Assembly: GCA_033763315.1 (NCBI GenBank)
Contig: JANRKS010000002.1
Coordinates: 128,001 to 192,000 of the forward strand
Length of the DNA: 64,000 nucleotides
Direction: 5' to 3'
From: Deltaproteobacteria bacterium
GTDB taxonomy: Bacteria; Myxococcota_A; Polyangia; Fen-1088
The position numbers were made by a program, and so were the translations under genes. Shown here one piece after another: positions 55,944 through 64,000 of this stretch; position 1 is the stretch's first letter; the number at the start of each line of letters is the position of its first letter. The notes below the pieces were generated by a model. The model was not told where the DNA came from. It saw only the letters and a program-made list of their open reading frames with translations, and searched no databases.

Positions 55944-57790
55944 GAGACCGTCCTCGCAGCGCTCGCGCGGGCCTCGTGCGAGTGCTCCTGAGCCAGTCGC
56001 CGCTGCAGGCTGATGGCGGCATTCATCAGGCCCACATGGGTGAACGCCTGGGGGAAGTTGCCAAGCGGCTCGCCCGTGCCGACATCGATCTCCTCTGCAT
56101 AGAGGCCGAGATCGTTGCCGAAGCGAAGTAGAGCCTCGAAGGCGGCTCGCGCCTGCGCTGCCGAGCCACCGCCAAGCGCGAGATACTCGGCGCCCCAGAA
56201 GCTGCAGATTCCGAAGGCGCCTTCCCCAGCGGAATCCGACGAGCGATAGCGATGGAGCAGCCCGTCGCGGGCGCCAAGCCGCAGGCGGATCCTGTTGTAG
56301 GTGCTGCGCATGCGCTCCGCGCGGGCGTCTTCGAAGCCGTACCAGGGGAGCAAGAGCAGGCTGGCATCAACATCGGCAGCCCCGTACGTGGCGACGTAAC
56401 TTGCGAGTCTCGGACAATAGCCGTTCTCGTGGACATCGCGCGCGATCCGGTCGCGGTGTTTTCGGAAATCGTCGAGCGGGGCCCGACGCAGTTGACCCAG
56501 CGCCGCGAGTTCGATCAAGCGGTCGAGCGCCGTCCAACACAGGACACGCGAATGGGTCCTGTGATGCCGCCCGGACCGCGGTTCCCAGATGCCTTCGTCA
56601 GCCAGCATCCAGTGGCGGCAAACGTACTTGCCGAGGTCGCAGAGAAATCGCTGTACGTCGTGATCGATTCGGCCACCACGGCGCACGGATTGCGCGACGG
56701 CATCGATGACTTCGCCATACACGTCCAGCTGGAGCTGGTCGGACGCGGCGTTGCCAACGCGGACTGGCTTGGAGTCGCGATGGCCCGCCAGGTGCGTCAG
56801 CTCCAACTCTTGGGTTGGTTGCCGCCCGTGAACATCATAGAGCACTTGCAACCTGGGCCGCGTCAGCCGTGTCGCGTGTAGCAGCCAGCTGACGAAGGAC
56901 TCGGCCTCCTCGTGAAAGCCCACCCCGAACAGCGCACGAACCGTCAACGCAGCGTCGCGCAGCCAGCAGTACCGGTAATCCCAGTTGAGGTCGCCGCCGA
57001 GTCGCTCGGGTAGTGACGTCGTTGGCGCTGCCACGATTGCTCCGGAGGGGGCGTACACCATCAGCCTCAATGCCAGGGCGCTGCGCACGACCGCCTCGCG
57101 CCTAGGCCCGTCGTAGGTGATTCGGGAGGCCCAGTCGGACCAGATCCGTTCGGTTCGTCGAATGGACTCGAAGGTCGCCTGTCCGAGAGGCGGAAGGACG
57201 GCTGGCCAGTCATCACAAAAGGTGAGGGAGACCAGGGCCGAATCGCCGGCGCGGAGCCGCGCCCGTCCGCGAACCGTGCCAGGATCATCTATCTCCAGCG
57301 ACCCTCTCGGCAGGTCGGTCCGCAGGACCAAAAGACCCTGGCGCGTCTCGATGCGAACGCCGAGCGGGCCCCAGCGCCGAACCCGCGGGAGTTCCCGGCC
57401 ATAATTGGGTCGGGTGGCCAATTCGATCACCACCTCCACTTCGCCCTTCGTGCAGGTCGCGACGCGGAGGATTTCGTGATCGGGCAACAGCGAGCGGCGG
57501 CGCTCGGCATCGGTGGTCGCGGTCATCGCGTCCATCACGCACAGCGCGCCGCTCGAGCCGGTCCACGATGTCTCGAGCACGTTGCTTGCTTCCACGTAGC
57601 GGCGGCGCGGGCCATGGAGTCCGCGCGGCTGAAGTCGGAAATGACCTGCCTGCGGGTCGAGCAAGGCCCCGAACAACGAAGGGCTGTCGAACCGCGGCCA
57701 GCAGAGCCAGTCGATCGAGCCCTCCTTCGATACCAGGGCCGCCGAGCGGCAGTCTCCGATGACACCATAGTTGCCAATTGATCCCGCCAT
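55940..57790 (-). CDS. Glycoside hydrolase family 15 (trehalase/glucoamylase-like)
   Basis: IGDC..AALV, AAPTTSLPE..NWDYRYCWLRD, QLDVYG, GIWE, GNFPQAFTH. Confidence 0.92.
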   Translation of the reverse strand: MAGSIGNYGVIGDCRSAALVSKEGSIDWLCWPRFDSPSLFGALLDPQAGHFRLQPRGLHGPRRRYVEASNVLETSWTGSSGALCVMDAMTATTDAERRRSLLPDHEILRVATCTKGEVEVVIELATRPNYGRELPRVRRWGPLGVRIETRQGLLVLRTDLPRGSLEIDDPGTVRGRARLRAGDSALVSLTFCDDWPAVLPPLGQATFESIRRTERIWSDWASRITYDGPRREAVVRSALALRLMVYAPSGAIVAAPTTSLPERLGGDLNWDYRYCWLRDAALTVRALFGVGFHEEAESFVSWLLHATRLTRPRLQVLYDVHGRQPTQELELTHLAGHRDSKPVRVGNAASDQLQLDVYGEVIDAVAQSVRRGGRIDHDVQRFLCDLGKYVCRHWMLADEGIWEPRSGRHHRTHSRVLCWTALDRLIELAALGQLRRAPLDDFRKHRDRIARDVHENGYCPRLASYVATYGAADVDASLLLLPWYGFEDARAERMRSTYNRIRLRLGARDGLLHRYRSSDSAGEGAFGICSFWGAEYLALGGGSAAQARAAFEALLRFGNDLGLYAEEIDVGTGEPLGNFPQAFTHVGLMNAAISLQRRLAQEHSHEARASAARTVS

Positions 57791-57801
57791 CCGGCTACGC
57801 C

Positions 57802-58356
57802 TCAGGCTGGGGTAGGCGCGGGGGGACTCAACGGCCGGTGCACGCGCGTTTCTGCGCGGTTCCTGGTGCCAGCGTCGGTTGCGTCCCTCTCCTCCACCGA
57901 CTCGATCTCGATGATCCTGAGCGTCGCGGTTAACGCAAGCGCGTATGCGATGTGGACGATGAAGCTGGCCAGCGCCATCATCACGGTGTTTGGTGCGTTG
58001 ACGAAGAACACGCCCGCTGGCGACGCAAGGGGGACCACGACCAGACCGGCTACCAGGGTGGTGAGAAGCGCATAGGCGAGCCCTTGGACGAGCCAGCCAC
58101 GCGGGAGGTGATCACGCACCAGGAAAACGAAGATGTACGCGAGCAGTACCCCGTTGGCGAAATGAGCCAGATTCCCAGCCCAGAACCCGTAAGGCGTTCC
58201 CTCGTGGGCGCGGTTCATGCTGGCAGTCAGCATCGCGCCGACATCGATGGCTGGCAGTCCCACCCCAGCTTGCCAGAAACCGATCATGGTCATCACGAAC
58301 GTCGCTATCAACCCCGCGAACGCCACCCGAATGTAGACGCTCCCCGACTTGGTCAT
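57802..58356 (-). CDS. Four-TM membrane protein with conserved His
   Basis: AGLIAT.VMT..HFANG..HIAY; GGGAG RBS. Confidence 0.7.
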   Translation of the reverse strand: MTKSGSVYIRVAFAGLIATFVMTMIGFWQAGVGLPAIDVGAMLTASMNRAHEGTPYGFWAGNLAHFANGVLLAYIFVFLVRDHLPRGWLVQGLAYALLTTLVAGLVVVPLASPAGVFFVNAPNTVMMALASFIVHIAYALALTATLRIIEIESVEERDATDAGTRNRAETRVHRPLSPPAPTPA

Positions 58357-58393
58357 CGCTCCCTCCCTTCGCTCGAACTGTTCCTATGGGGAC

Positions 58394-58419
58394 GTCCCGC
58401 CGGAGTCGCGGTCGTTACT
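58394..58419 (-). promoter_or_regulatory. ECF promoter AGTAAC-N16-GGAC
   Basis: Upstream of 58356 operon. Confidence 0.65.
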
Positions 58420-58486
58420 GGCCGGCTCACGATGTCGCGCGGGGGCAGGTCGCAGCTGGACTCCCCGCAGTTTTTCTTTGACCCGG

Positions 58487-58512
58487 TGTAACATCTGGAT
58501 AGCCAGATATAC
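58487..58512 (+). promoter_or_regulatory. ECF promoter TGTAAC-N16-ATAC
   Basis: Upstream of 58522 operon. Confidence 0.75.
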
Positions 58513-58521
58513 ACACGCTGG

Positions 58522-59778
58522 GTGAGGCGACCAAAACCCAGCTGTCGTGGTCCAGCGCGCGCGGGCTTCCCTGCCGCCTTGGCTGCCCTTCTCGCGGTTC
58601 TGTCGGTGGGCGTGCTCGCGTCGTCGCATGCAACGGCCCAGCCCGCCCTTTGCAGTGCCCTCCCCAATCCCGTGTTCATCCAGGTCGGTAGCACGCTGCT
58701 GCCGCTTCTACGGCAGATGGCGCGCAAGCTGCGGGACAGCACCCTCGATCCCATGACGGTGGTGTTCACCGACGGGCGCTCTTGCGCGATGATCGATGCC
58801 ATCCGTTCCGGGACCCCGCTCGTGGGCAACCTCAGCTACGCGCCCTCGACCGCGGAGGACCCGACATGGACACCGGACCGACCGCTCGTGACGTGTACGA
58901 CCGGCCCCGGCGGCGTGCCCCTACAGATGATCCACAGCGACGTCTTCGTGGAGAGTTGCACCTCTGAGCCCCTGCCACCTGGCATCGGCGTGTTCACGGG
59001 CCCGGTCTTGCCCTTCGTCTTCGTGACCTCGCCCGGGAGCTCGCAGCAGGCCATCACGGCCGAGGAGGCGTATTTCGCCTTTGGCTTCGGCCAGGTCGGC
59101 AGCGCGGCCCCCTGGGTCGACGAATCCTTCCTGTTCGCGCGCCCCAACACGTCGGGAACCAAGATCACATTCGGCGCGAACATAGGCGTCCCGGCCAACC
59201 GCTGGAAGGGCGCGCAGCTCGAGAAGACCACGGACGTCGTGAACGCGGTGGCCGCCTCCGTCAGTCCGGAGGCCACTTTGGGAATCGTGGGTGGCTCTGA
59301 TTATGATGGCAACCGCGACAAGCTCAAGGCGCTCGCGTTCCGCGCGTTCGGTCAGCGCTACGCGTTCTTTCCTGATTCGACGCCTTCGGCGTTCGACAAA
59401 AGAAACGTCCGCGATGGGCACTATCTCATCTGGGCGCCGGCGGTTTTCCTGGTCGCCGGTGCTGACGCCGCCGGCGTTCCCGCCGAGCCTCGGATCGCCC
59501 GGTTACGCGCCATCCTGCGCAGCGAAGTGCCGATCCCGGAGGCAGGCTTCGAGGCCACGCGCATGATGGTCGAGGGAGGCTTCGTACCCGAGTGTGCGAT
59601 GGGAGTGAAGCGCACCGGGCAGGCTGGCCGGCTGCAGCTGAATCGGCCGGGGCGACCGTGTGGTTGCTTCTTCGAGAAGGTCACCGGAGGAAGCCCTTCC
59701 TGTGCGGCGTGCACCGATGATTCGATGTGTGAAGGCGGGATCTGCAACCTGGGCTTCTGCGAGGCGAACCCACAATGA
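58522..59778 (+). CDS. Secreted PBP-fold-like protein with Cys-rich C-terminus
   Basis: Signal peptide; GST, GRSC, R.NTSGT, NVRDGHY; C-terminal Cys cluster. Confidence 0.6.
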   Translation: MRRPKPSCRGPARAGFPAALAALLAVLSVGVLASSHATAQPALCSALPNPVFIQVGSTLLPLLRQMARKLRDSTLDPMTVVFTDGRSCAMIDAIRSGTPLVGNLSYAPSTAEDPTWTPDRPLVTCTTGPGGVPLQMIHSDVFVESCTSEPLPPGIGVFTGPVLPFVFVTSPGSSQQAITAEEAYFAFGFGQVGSAAPWVDESFLFARPNTSGTKITFGANIGVPANRWKGAQLEKTTDVVNAVAASVSPEATLGIVGGSDYDGNRDKLKALAFRAFGQRYAFFPDSTPSAFDKRNVRDGHYLIWAPAVFLVAGADAAGVPAEPRIARLRAILRSEVPIPEAGFEATRMMVEGGFVPECAMGVKRTGQAGRLQLNRPGRPCGCFFEKVTGGSPSCAACTDDSMCEGGICNLGFCEANPQ

Positions 59779-60056
59779 CGACGACCTCGAAGCGCCGCTG
59801 GATTCCTGGGTTGCTGGTTGCCACGTGGGTCATGGTGCTGCCTGCGTGCGATGATGACCCGGCCACAGTCTCGGATACGGTGGTTGACGCCGCCGCGCCG
59901 AACGGCCCACCGGACGCCGCGTCCGGGCCAGCCTGTTTCGCGAATCCCGCCACGCATGCCGAACTCATCAACGCGTGCACCGACGCGGTGAAAATCGAGA
60001 AGAACCCGACCCTGCCGTTGCTGAGGCCAGATGGCACGCTCCCGCCTTTGCCTTGA
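59775..60056 (+). CDS. Small lipoprotein
   Basis: LPAC lipobox; CFANP..ELINACT..LPLL..G.LPPLP. Confidence 0.7.
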   Translation: MTTTSKRRWIPGLLVATWVMVLPACDDDPATVSDTVVDAAAPNGPPDAASGPACFANPATHAELINACTDAVKIEKNPTLPLLRPDGTLPPLP

Positions 60057-61290
60057 CCTCCTACGCGGGATCTGTCCGCTCGTGGCGATCTGCATCTCCT
60101 CGCGTGCCGTCGTTGCGGCGCCCGAGGCCGTCGTCGACGGATACGTTCAGGCGATGGCCGTCGTTCACGATCAGAGCTCGTTGAACGAGCTCGACGAGTC
60201 GACAGGTCGGCCTTTGAACGAAGACCGATTCCTGCTTCGTCGCGCCCGCCTCATCGCAATGTTCAACGGCCAACATGCTCACAGCCGCATCGAGCTCGAC
60301 GCGAACACGGTCCGCGGCTCACAGGTGCGGATTATCAGCGCGCTGGTCGGCATCGGTTGGCCAGAGCGGAATCCCGCCGGGTGGTATCCTGCCGAGGCAC
60401 AGGTCGGGCTCTTCCGCACACCCTTCGGAGCCGACTTGCAACTGTCTTCGCGCCGGCGCCTTTGGGCCGAGCGGAGCCATGTCGCGCGTGCGCTCTTTCC
60501 GGGGACCTACGACCTGGGCGTGCAGGCGCTGGGACAACTCGGGCGTTTCAGGTACCAGATCGCGCTCATGAACGGCGCACCCATCGAGGCCAGCGCTTTC
60601 CCCGGCCTCGATCCCGATCGCGGCAAGGACGTCGTGGGGCGGCTCGGGTTGGCCGATGTGCCCCTCGTCTCGTGGTTGTCGCTCGACGGCGGGGTGTCGA
60701 TCGCCGAGGGACGCGGTTTCTCGCCCGGTGTCCCGGCGACCAAGGACGACCTCCAGTGGCGAGACGCTAACGAGAACGGTGTGGTCGAGCTGGCGGAGTT
60801 GGTGCCGCTGGCCGGTCAACCAGGGCGGCCATCGCAGTCATTCTCCCGAGGCGCTCTCGGCGCGGACCTGGCGTTCCGTCTAAATGTCCCTCGGATCGGC
60901 CCTGCGCGGGTGTTCGCGGAGGTGTTCTGGGCACGCAATCTCGACCGGGCCTTCTTACCTGCCGACCCGATCAGCCTGGGGCGCGACCTGCGCGAACGCG
61001 GGGTCGTCGTGGGCGTCACGCAATGGCTACCGGGCGCGTTCGTGGTGGGCGCGCGATACGATCACTACGACCCCGATGCCGACGCCAGCGAGCAACGGGC
61101 GCGGCAGGTCGTGCCCCGTGATCGCAGCGTGGCATCGTTGTCGCTGCTGCTCGGGTGGGCCCCGAGCCGCAATGCTCTGCTCACCGCCCAGTACGACCGC
61201 AACGACAATCACCTGGGGCGAGACGCTGCCGGGAACCCGGCCCGTCTCGCCGACGACCGTATCTCGGTGCTCCTGCAGGTCGAACGATGA
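60031..61290 (+). CDS. Porin-like beta-barrel (OprO/P-like)
   Basis: FLLRRARL, G.F.TPFG, ERS, DLG, KD..GR, RYD; start uncertain. Confidence 0.7.
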   Translation: MARSRLCLDLLRGICPLVAICISSRAVVAAPEAVVDGYVQAMAVVHDQSSLNELDESTGRPLNEDRFLLRRARLIAMFNGQHAHSRIELDANTVRGSQVRIISALVGIGWPERNPAGWYPAEAQVGLFRTPFGADLQLSSRRRLWAERSHVARALFPGTYDLGVQALGQLGRFRYQIALMNGAPIEASAFPGLDPDRGKDVVGRLGLADVPLVSWLSLDGGVSIAEGRGFSPGVPATKDDLQWRDANENGVVELAELVPLAGQPGRPSQSFSRGALGADLAFRLNVPRIGPARVFAEVFWARNLDRAFLPADPISLGRDLRERGVVVGVTQWLPGAFVVGARYDHYDPDADASEQRARQVVPRDRSVASLSLLLGWAPSRNALLTAQYDRNDNHLGRDAAGNPARLADDRISVLLQVER

Positions 61291-62162
61291 GGGGCGTACC
61301 GCTTCTTGCCTTGTACCTCCTGTCCTGCGGCGGGCTCGATCCCGATCCCGGGCGTGACGCGTTGATGGCTGTCGAGGGCGCCCTCTTCATCCCGGGGGAC
61401 TTCCCGGCGGGCTCCGGAGGGCCAGTGGTCACGTCCGTGATCCCCGCCCGGCAGTTTGGCACGGTCGGTGAGGTCGATTTACCGCTGCGCGGCACGCTTG
61501 CACCCGAGGCGACGGCCGTCGCCCTCGGTGCCGAGGGGGACCGTGGATACTGGCGGCTGCTCGCGGCACCGCCGGACGTGAGCCTGCCGGGGCAGCCGGT
61601 GTTCGACGTGCGCCTGGCCTTCTCGCGTCTCGCGCATGCGGGGCCCTTGCCCCTGCTGGTGTCGGCGGCCGACGACCACGGCCGTTTCGGGCCCGTTGTA
61701 CGATCGGTGTTGACGCTGGCAGAGCGGCCCTCGCCGCAAGGGCGTCTCGTCGTCAGCCTGAGCTGGGACCGCGACGCCGATCTGGATCTTCGGGTTGTCG
61801 ACCCGCGCGGTGTCGTGCTCTGGTCACGCGACCCGAACACGGCGATGGCGGTCGATCCCACCTCGCCGCTGACGAACGAGGAACGGGCCGCAGGTGGTGT
61901 CCTCGACATCGACAGCAACGCTGCCTGTCGCATCGATGGCATGCGTGTCGAGCACGCGAGTTGGCAGACACCGCCGCCGGGGCGCTATCGCGTGCTGGTA
62001 GACACGATGTCAATGTGTGGTCAGTCGGAGGCCCACTGGCTCGTGCAGGTCCGTCGCGATGGTGCCGTGGTCGCGGCGGCGGAAGGCGTGAGTCTGCCGG
62101 TGAGCACCCGCTTCGAGCACGGTGCAGAGGCCGGCGTACTGGCGTTGCAATTCGACCTTTGA
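61287..62162 (+). CDS. Lipoprotein with YfaP-like C-terminal domain
   Basis: LSC lipobox; VSLSWD..DLDL.V.DP..LD.DSN..C..E. Confidence 0.65.
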   Translation: MRGVPLLALYLLSCGGLDPDPGRDALMAVEGALFIPGDFPAGSGGPVVTSVIPARQFGTVGEVDLPLRGTLAPEATAVALGAEGDRGYWRLLAAPPDVSLPGQPVFDVRLAFSRLAHAGPLPLLVSAADDHGRFGPVVRSVLTLAERPSPQGRLVVSLSWDRDADLDLRVVDPRGVVLWSRDPNTAMAVDPTSPLTNEERAAGGVLDIDSNAACRIDGMRVEHASWQTPPPGRYRVLVDTMSMCGQSEAHWLVQVRRDGAVVAAAEGVSLPVSTRFEHGAEAGVLALQFDL

Positions 62163-62176
62163 AGGAGACCTGAGTC

Positions 62177-62824
62177 GTGACGATGGAGAAACTCGCGCCT
62201 TTGGCCTTGTGGGGCAGCCGCTCCGTGCTTTGGCTGCTCGCGCTTCTGTCTGTGGCTTCAATCGCCATCATGGTCGAGCGGCTGGTGTGGTTCGCGCGGC
62301 GGCGCGCCGATGCTGATGCGCTCGCGCACGCGCTGCTCGAAAAGTTGTCTCGGGGGGACGTCGACGGGGCGCTCCAGGAACTGCGTGGCGGACGAAGCGT
62401 CGAGTCTCAGGTCCTGGCCGAGGCCCTCGTCTGGTACGAGGCGGGGCCCGAGGCGCTCGCGCAAGCCTTGCAAGCCAGCGTGCGCGCGCACAGGAAGCGC
62501 ATCAACGATGGCATGGTCTTTCTGGGCACGCTCGGCAACAACGCCCCCTTCGTGGGTCTGCTGGGCACGGTCCTCGGGGTGGTCACCGCCTTCGGCGAGC
62601 TGGGGGCGAACGCCGTGGGGGCGATGGGAAATGTAATGACGGGCATCGGAGAGGCGCTGGTGGCGACAGCGGTCGGTATCCTGGTCGCCTTGCCCGCCGT
62701 AGCCTCCTACAACCTGCTGCAAAAGCGGTCCCTCGACATCGAGGAGAACGTTGCTCGACTCGGTCACGTCGCGCTGGCCGTGCTCGAGCGCCGGCGGAGT
62801 CGGCGCGTAGAAGGGGAGCGCTGA
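62177..62824 (+). CDS. exbB: ExbB/TolQ/MotA proton channel
   Basis: LGTLGNNAPFVGLLGTVLG, EALVATA.G..VA.PA. Confidence 0.9.
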   Translation: MTMEKLAPLALWGSRSVLWLLALLSVASIAIMVERLVWFARRRADADALAHALLEKLSRGDVDGALQELRGGRSVESQVLAEALVWYEAGPEALAQALQASVRAHRKRINDGMVFLGTLGNNAPFVGLLGTVLGVVTAFGELGANAVGAMGNVMTGIGEALVATAVGILVALPAVASYNLLQKRSLDIEENVARLGHVALAVLERRRSRRVEGER

Positions 62825-62825
62825 C

Positions 62826-63260
62826 GTGGCTGGTGGCCTGGACGATGTGGGGCGTGGGGCTGCGGGCAGAGGCGCGATCGTGGGCATCAACGTCACGCCG
62901 CTCGTCGACGTGGTTCTCGTTCTGTTGGTCGTGTTGATGGTGGCATCCACCTATGTCGTTTCCCAGACCCTGAAGGTGCAGCTGCCGAAGGCAGGGCAAA
63001 GCGACGGCACGGCGACGGCGCCGTTGACCTTGACGATCTTGCGCGAGGGGCAGATCTTGCTCGATGGCGCAGCCATCGAGCCGGACGCCCTCGCCTCCTC
63101 GCTGCGGAGGGCTGCGCTTGCCAATGTGGAACGTGACCTGGTCGTGAGCGCTGACGCCGCGGTTCCTCACGGTGAGGTGGTGGGTGTGATCGACGCGGCG
63201 AAAGCGGCGGGTTTCGTTCGCTTTGCCATCAACGTCGAGCTGGGCGGTTCGGCGCGCTGA
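62826..63260 (+). CDS. exbD: ExbD/TolR
   Basis: INVTPLVDVVLVLL..LP..AD..V.HG. Confidence 0.9.
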   Translation: MAGGLDDVGRGAAGRGAIVGINVTPLVDVVLVLLVVLMVASTYVVSQTLKVQLPKAGQSDGTATAPLTLTILREGQILLDGAAIEPDALASSLRRAALANVERDLVVSADAAVPHGEVVGVIDAAKAAGFVRFAINVELGGSAR

Positions 63261-63269
63261 GGACCGGCG

Positions 63270-64000
63270 GTGAAGCTACGGACCATCATGATCTCGATGG
63301 CGGTTCACGCGGGCGTCGCCGCCGCGATTGTCGCGATCGATGGCAAACCGCGCGAGCGACTCGCGACGATCATTCGGATGGTCGAGGGTCGAGGCCGGCA
63401 GGCAACGGCGGAGCCGCTCCGCGAAGCGCCGCCTGCGGCCGATGTGCACGCGCGGCCCGCCCGGGCAAGGCCCGTCCGTCGGCGTCCCGCCGCGCGCGAG
63501 CCGGTGCCGCCACCACAAACAAACGAGCCGGTGGCGCCGGGGACCGAGGGTGCGAAGAGCGGCCCGGGCTTTTTCAGCGGTCTCGTGCTGGGCAACGAAG
63601 CGGGGCCGGGCCTGGCGATCGGCGTTTCAGAGGACGTGCAGAGGCGTGCGTCCGCAGGGGTCGGGGACGGACGAGGCGGCAGCGCATCCGACGAGATGGG
63701 TGCCCTGGAGCAGGGGCCCTGCAGCGAGCAGACCCGTCCCGTGGTGCGGTCGCAGCGGCTTACCGTCGAATACCCTCTTGAGGCGCGAGCCGCAGGCGCC
63801 GCAGGACGTCTGGTGCTCGAGCTCGAGGTCGATGCCGCGGGCATCGTGCGGCGGGTGAGAGTGCTGTCTCCGGTTCACCCGGCCATCGACACTGCCGCCA
63901 TCGATGCCGTGCGCTCATGGCGCTTCCAACCGGCGACCGCCTGTGGCAAACCCGTCTCGTCGGCCTACGTCGTCGCGAGGACCTTCGAGCTCGTCGATTG
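63270..64000 (+). CDS. tonB: TonB family energy transducer (stop codon cut by window end)
   Basis: Translated by hand: N-terminal S..VH TM, Pro-rich linker, YP..AR..G..G..V..WRFQPA..F.L; ends with TG at window edge. Confidence 0.85.
   Translation, partial: MKLRTIMISMAVHAGVAAAIVAIDGKPRERLATIIRMVEGRGRQATAEPLREAPPAADVHARPARARPVRRRPAAREPVPPPQTNEPVAPGTEGAKSGPGFFSGLVLGNEAGPGLAIGVSEDVQRRASAGVGDGRGGSASDEMGALEQGPCSEQTRPVVRSQRLTVEYPLEARAAGAAGRLVLELEVDAAGIVRRVRVLSPVHPAIDTAAIDAVRSWRFQPATACGKPVSSAYVVARTFELVD

Noticed and set aside
22230-64000. Integrase, transposase, phage or conjugation genes
   Set aside because: None recognisable in the window, so the element type cannot be assigned.

Overview
Bacterial DNA, very probably Myxococcota (inferred from Cys-rich lipoproteins, a Ser/Thr kinase, many ECF sigma factors and high GC). 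The window has two parts. (1) 1-22.0 kb is a signalling region: a complete cheY-cheA-cheW-cheR-cheD-cheB operon with STAS/SpoIIE partner-switch genes, two soluble MCP-like proteins, CheX, CheA-like kinases without a CheW domain next to porin + small PBP-like gene pairs, a di-heme oxidoreductase, and a HAD + PI4K/HipA-like kinase pair. (2) A 3' half of tRNA-Gly(CCC) at 22186-22228 looks like an att scar. It is followed by an excisionase-like gene and a region that is visibly more GC-rich by eye, carrying ECF42/YciI/SRPBCC genes, an EgtD-EgtB fusion, arsenosugar-type genes (arsM, arsS, TIGR04282/TIGR04283-like transferases), pstSCAB, a CKGKDG-repeat peptide + DoxX, GH15 and an ExbBD-TonB operon. 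The main signal is 13 copies of NGTAAC-N16-(mostly RKAC) between 35.3 and 58.5 kb. Twelve lie just upstream of operon starts, eight of them in four divergent pairs. They point to one ECF regulon, probably driven by the local sigma factor and its divergently encoded ZAS/NrsF-like anti-sigma. All family assignments are from motif recognition by eye; no searches were run.
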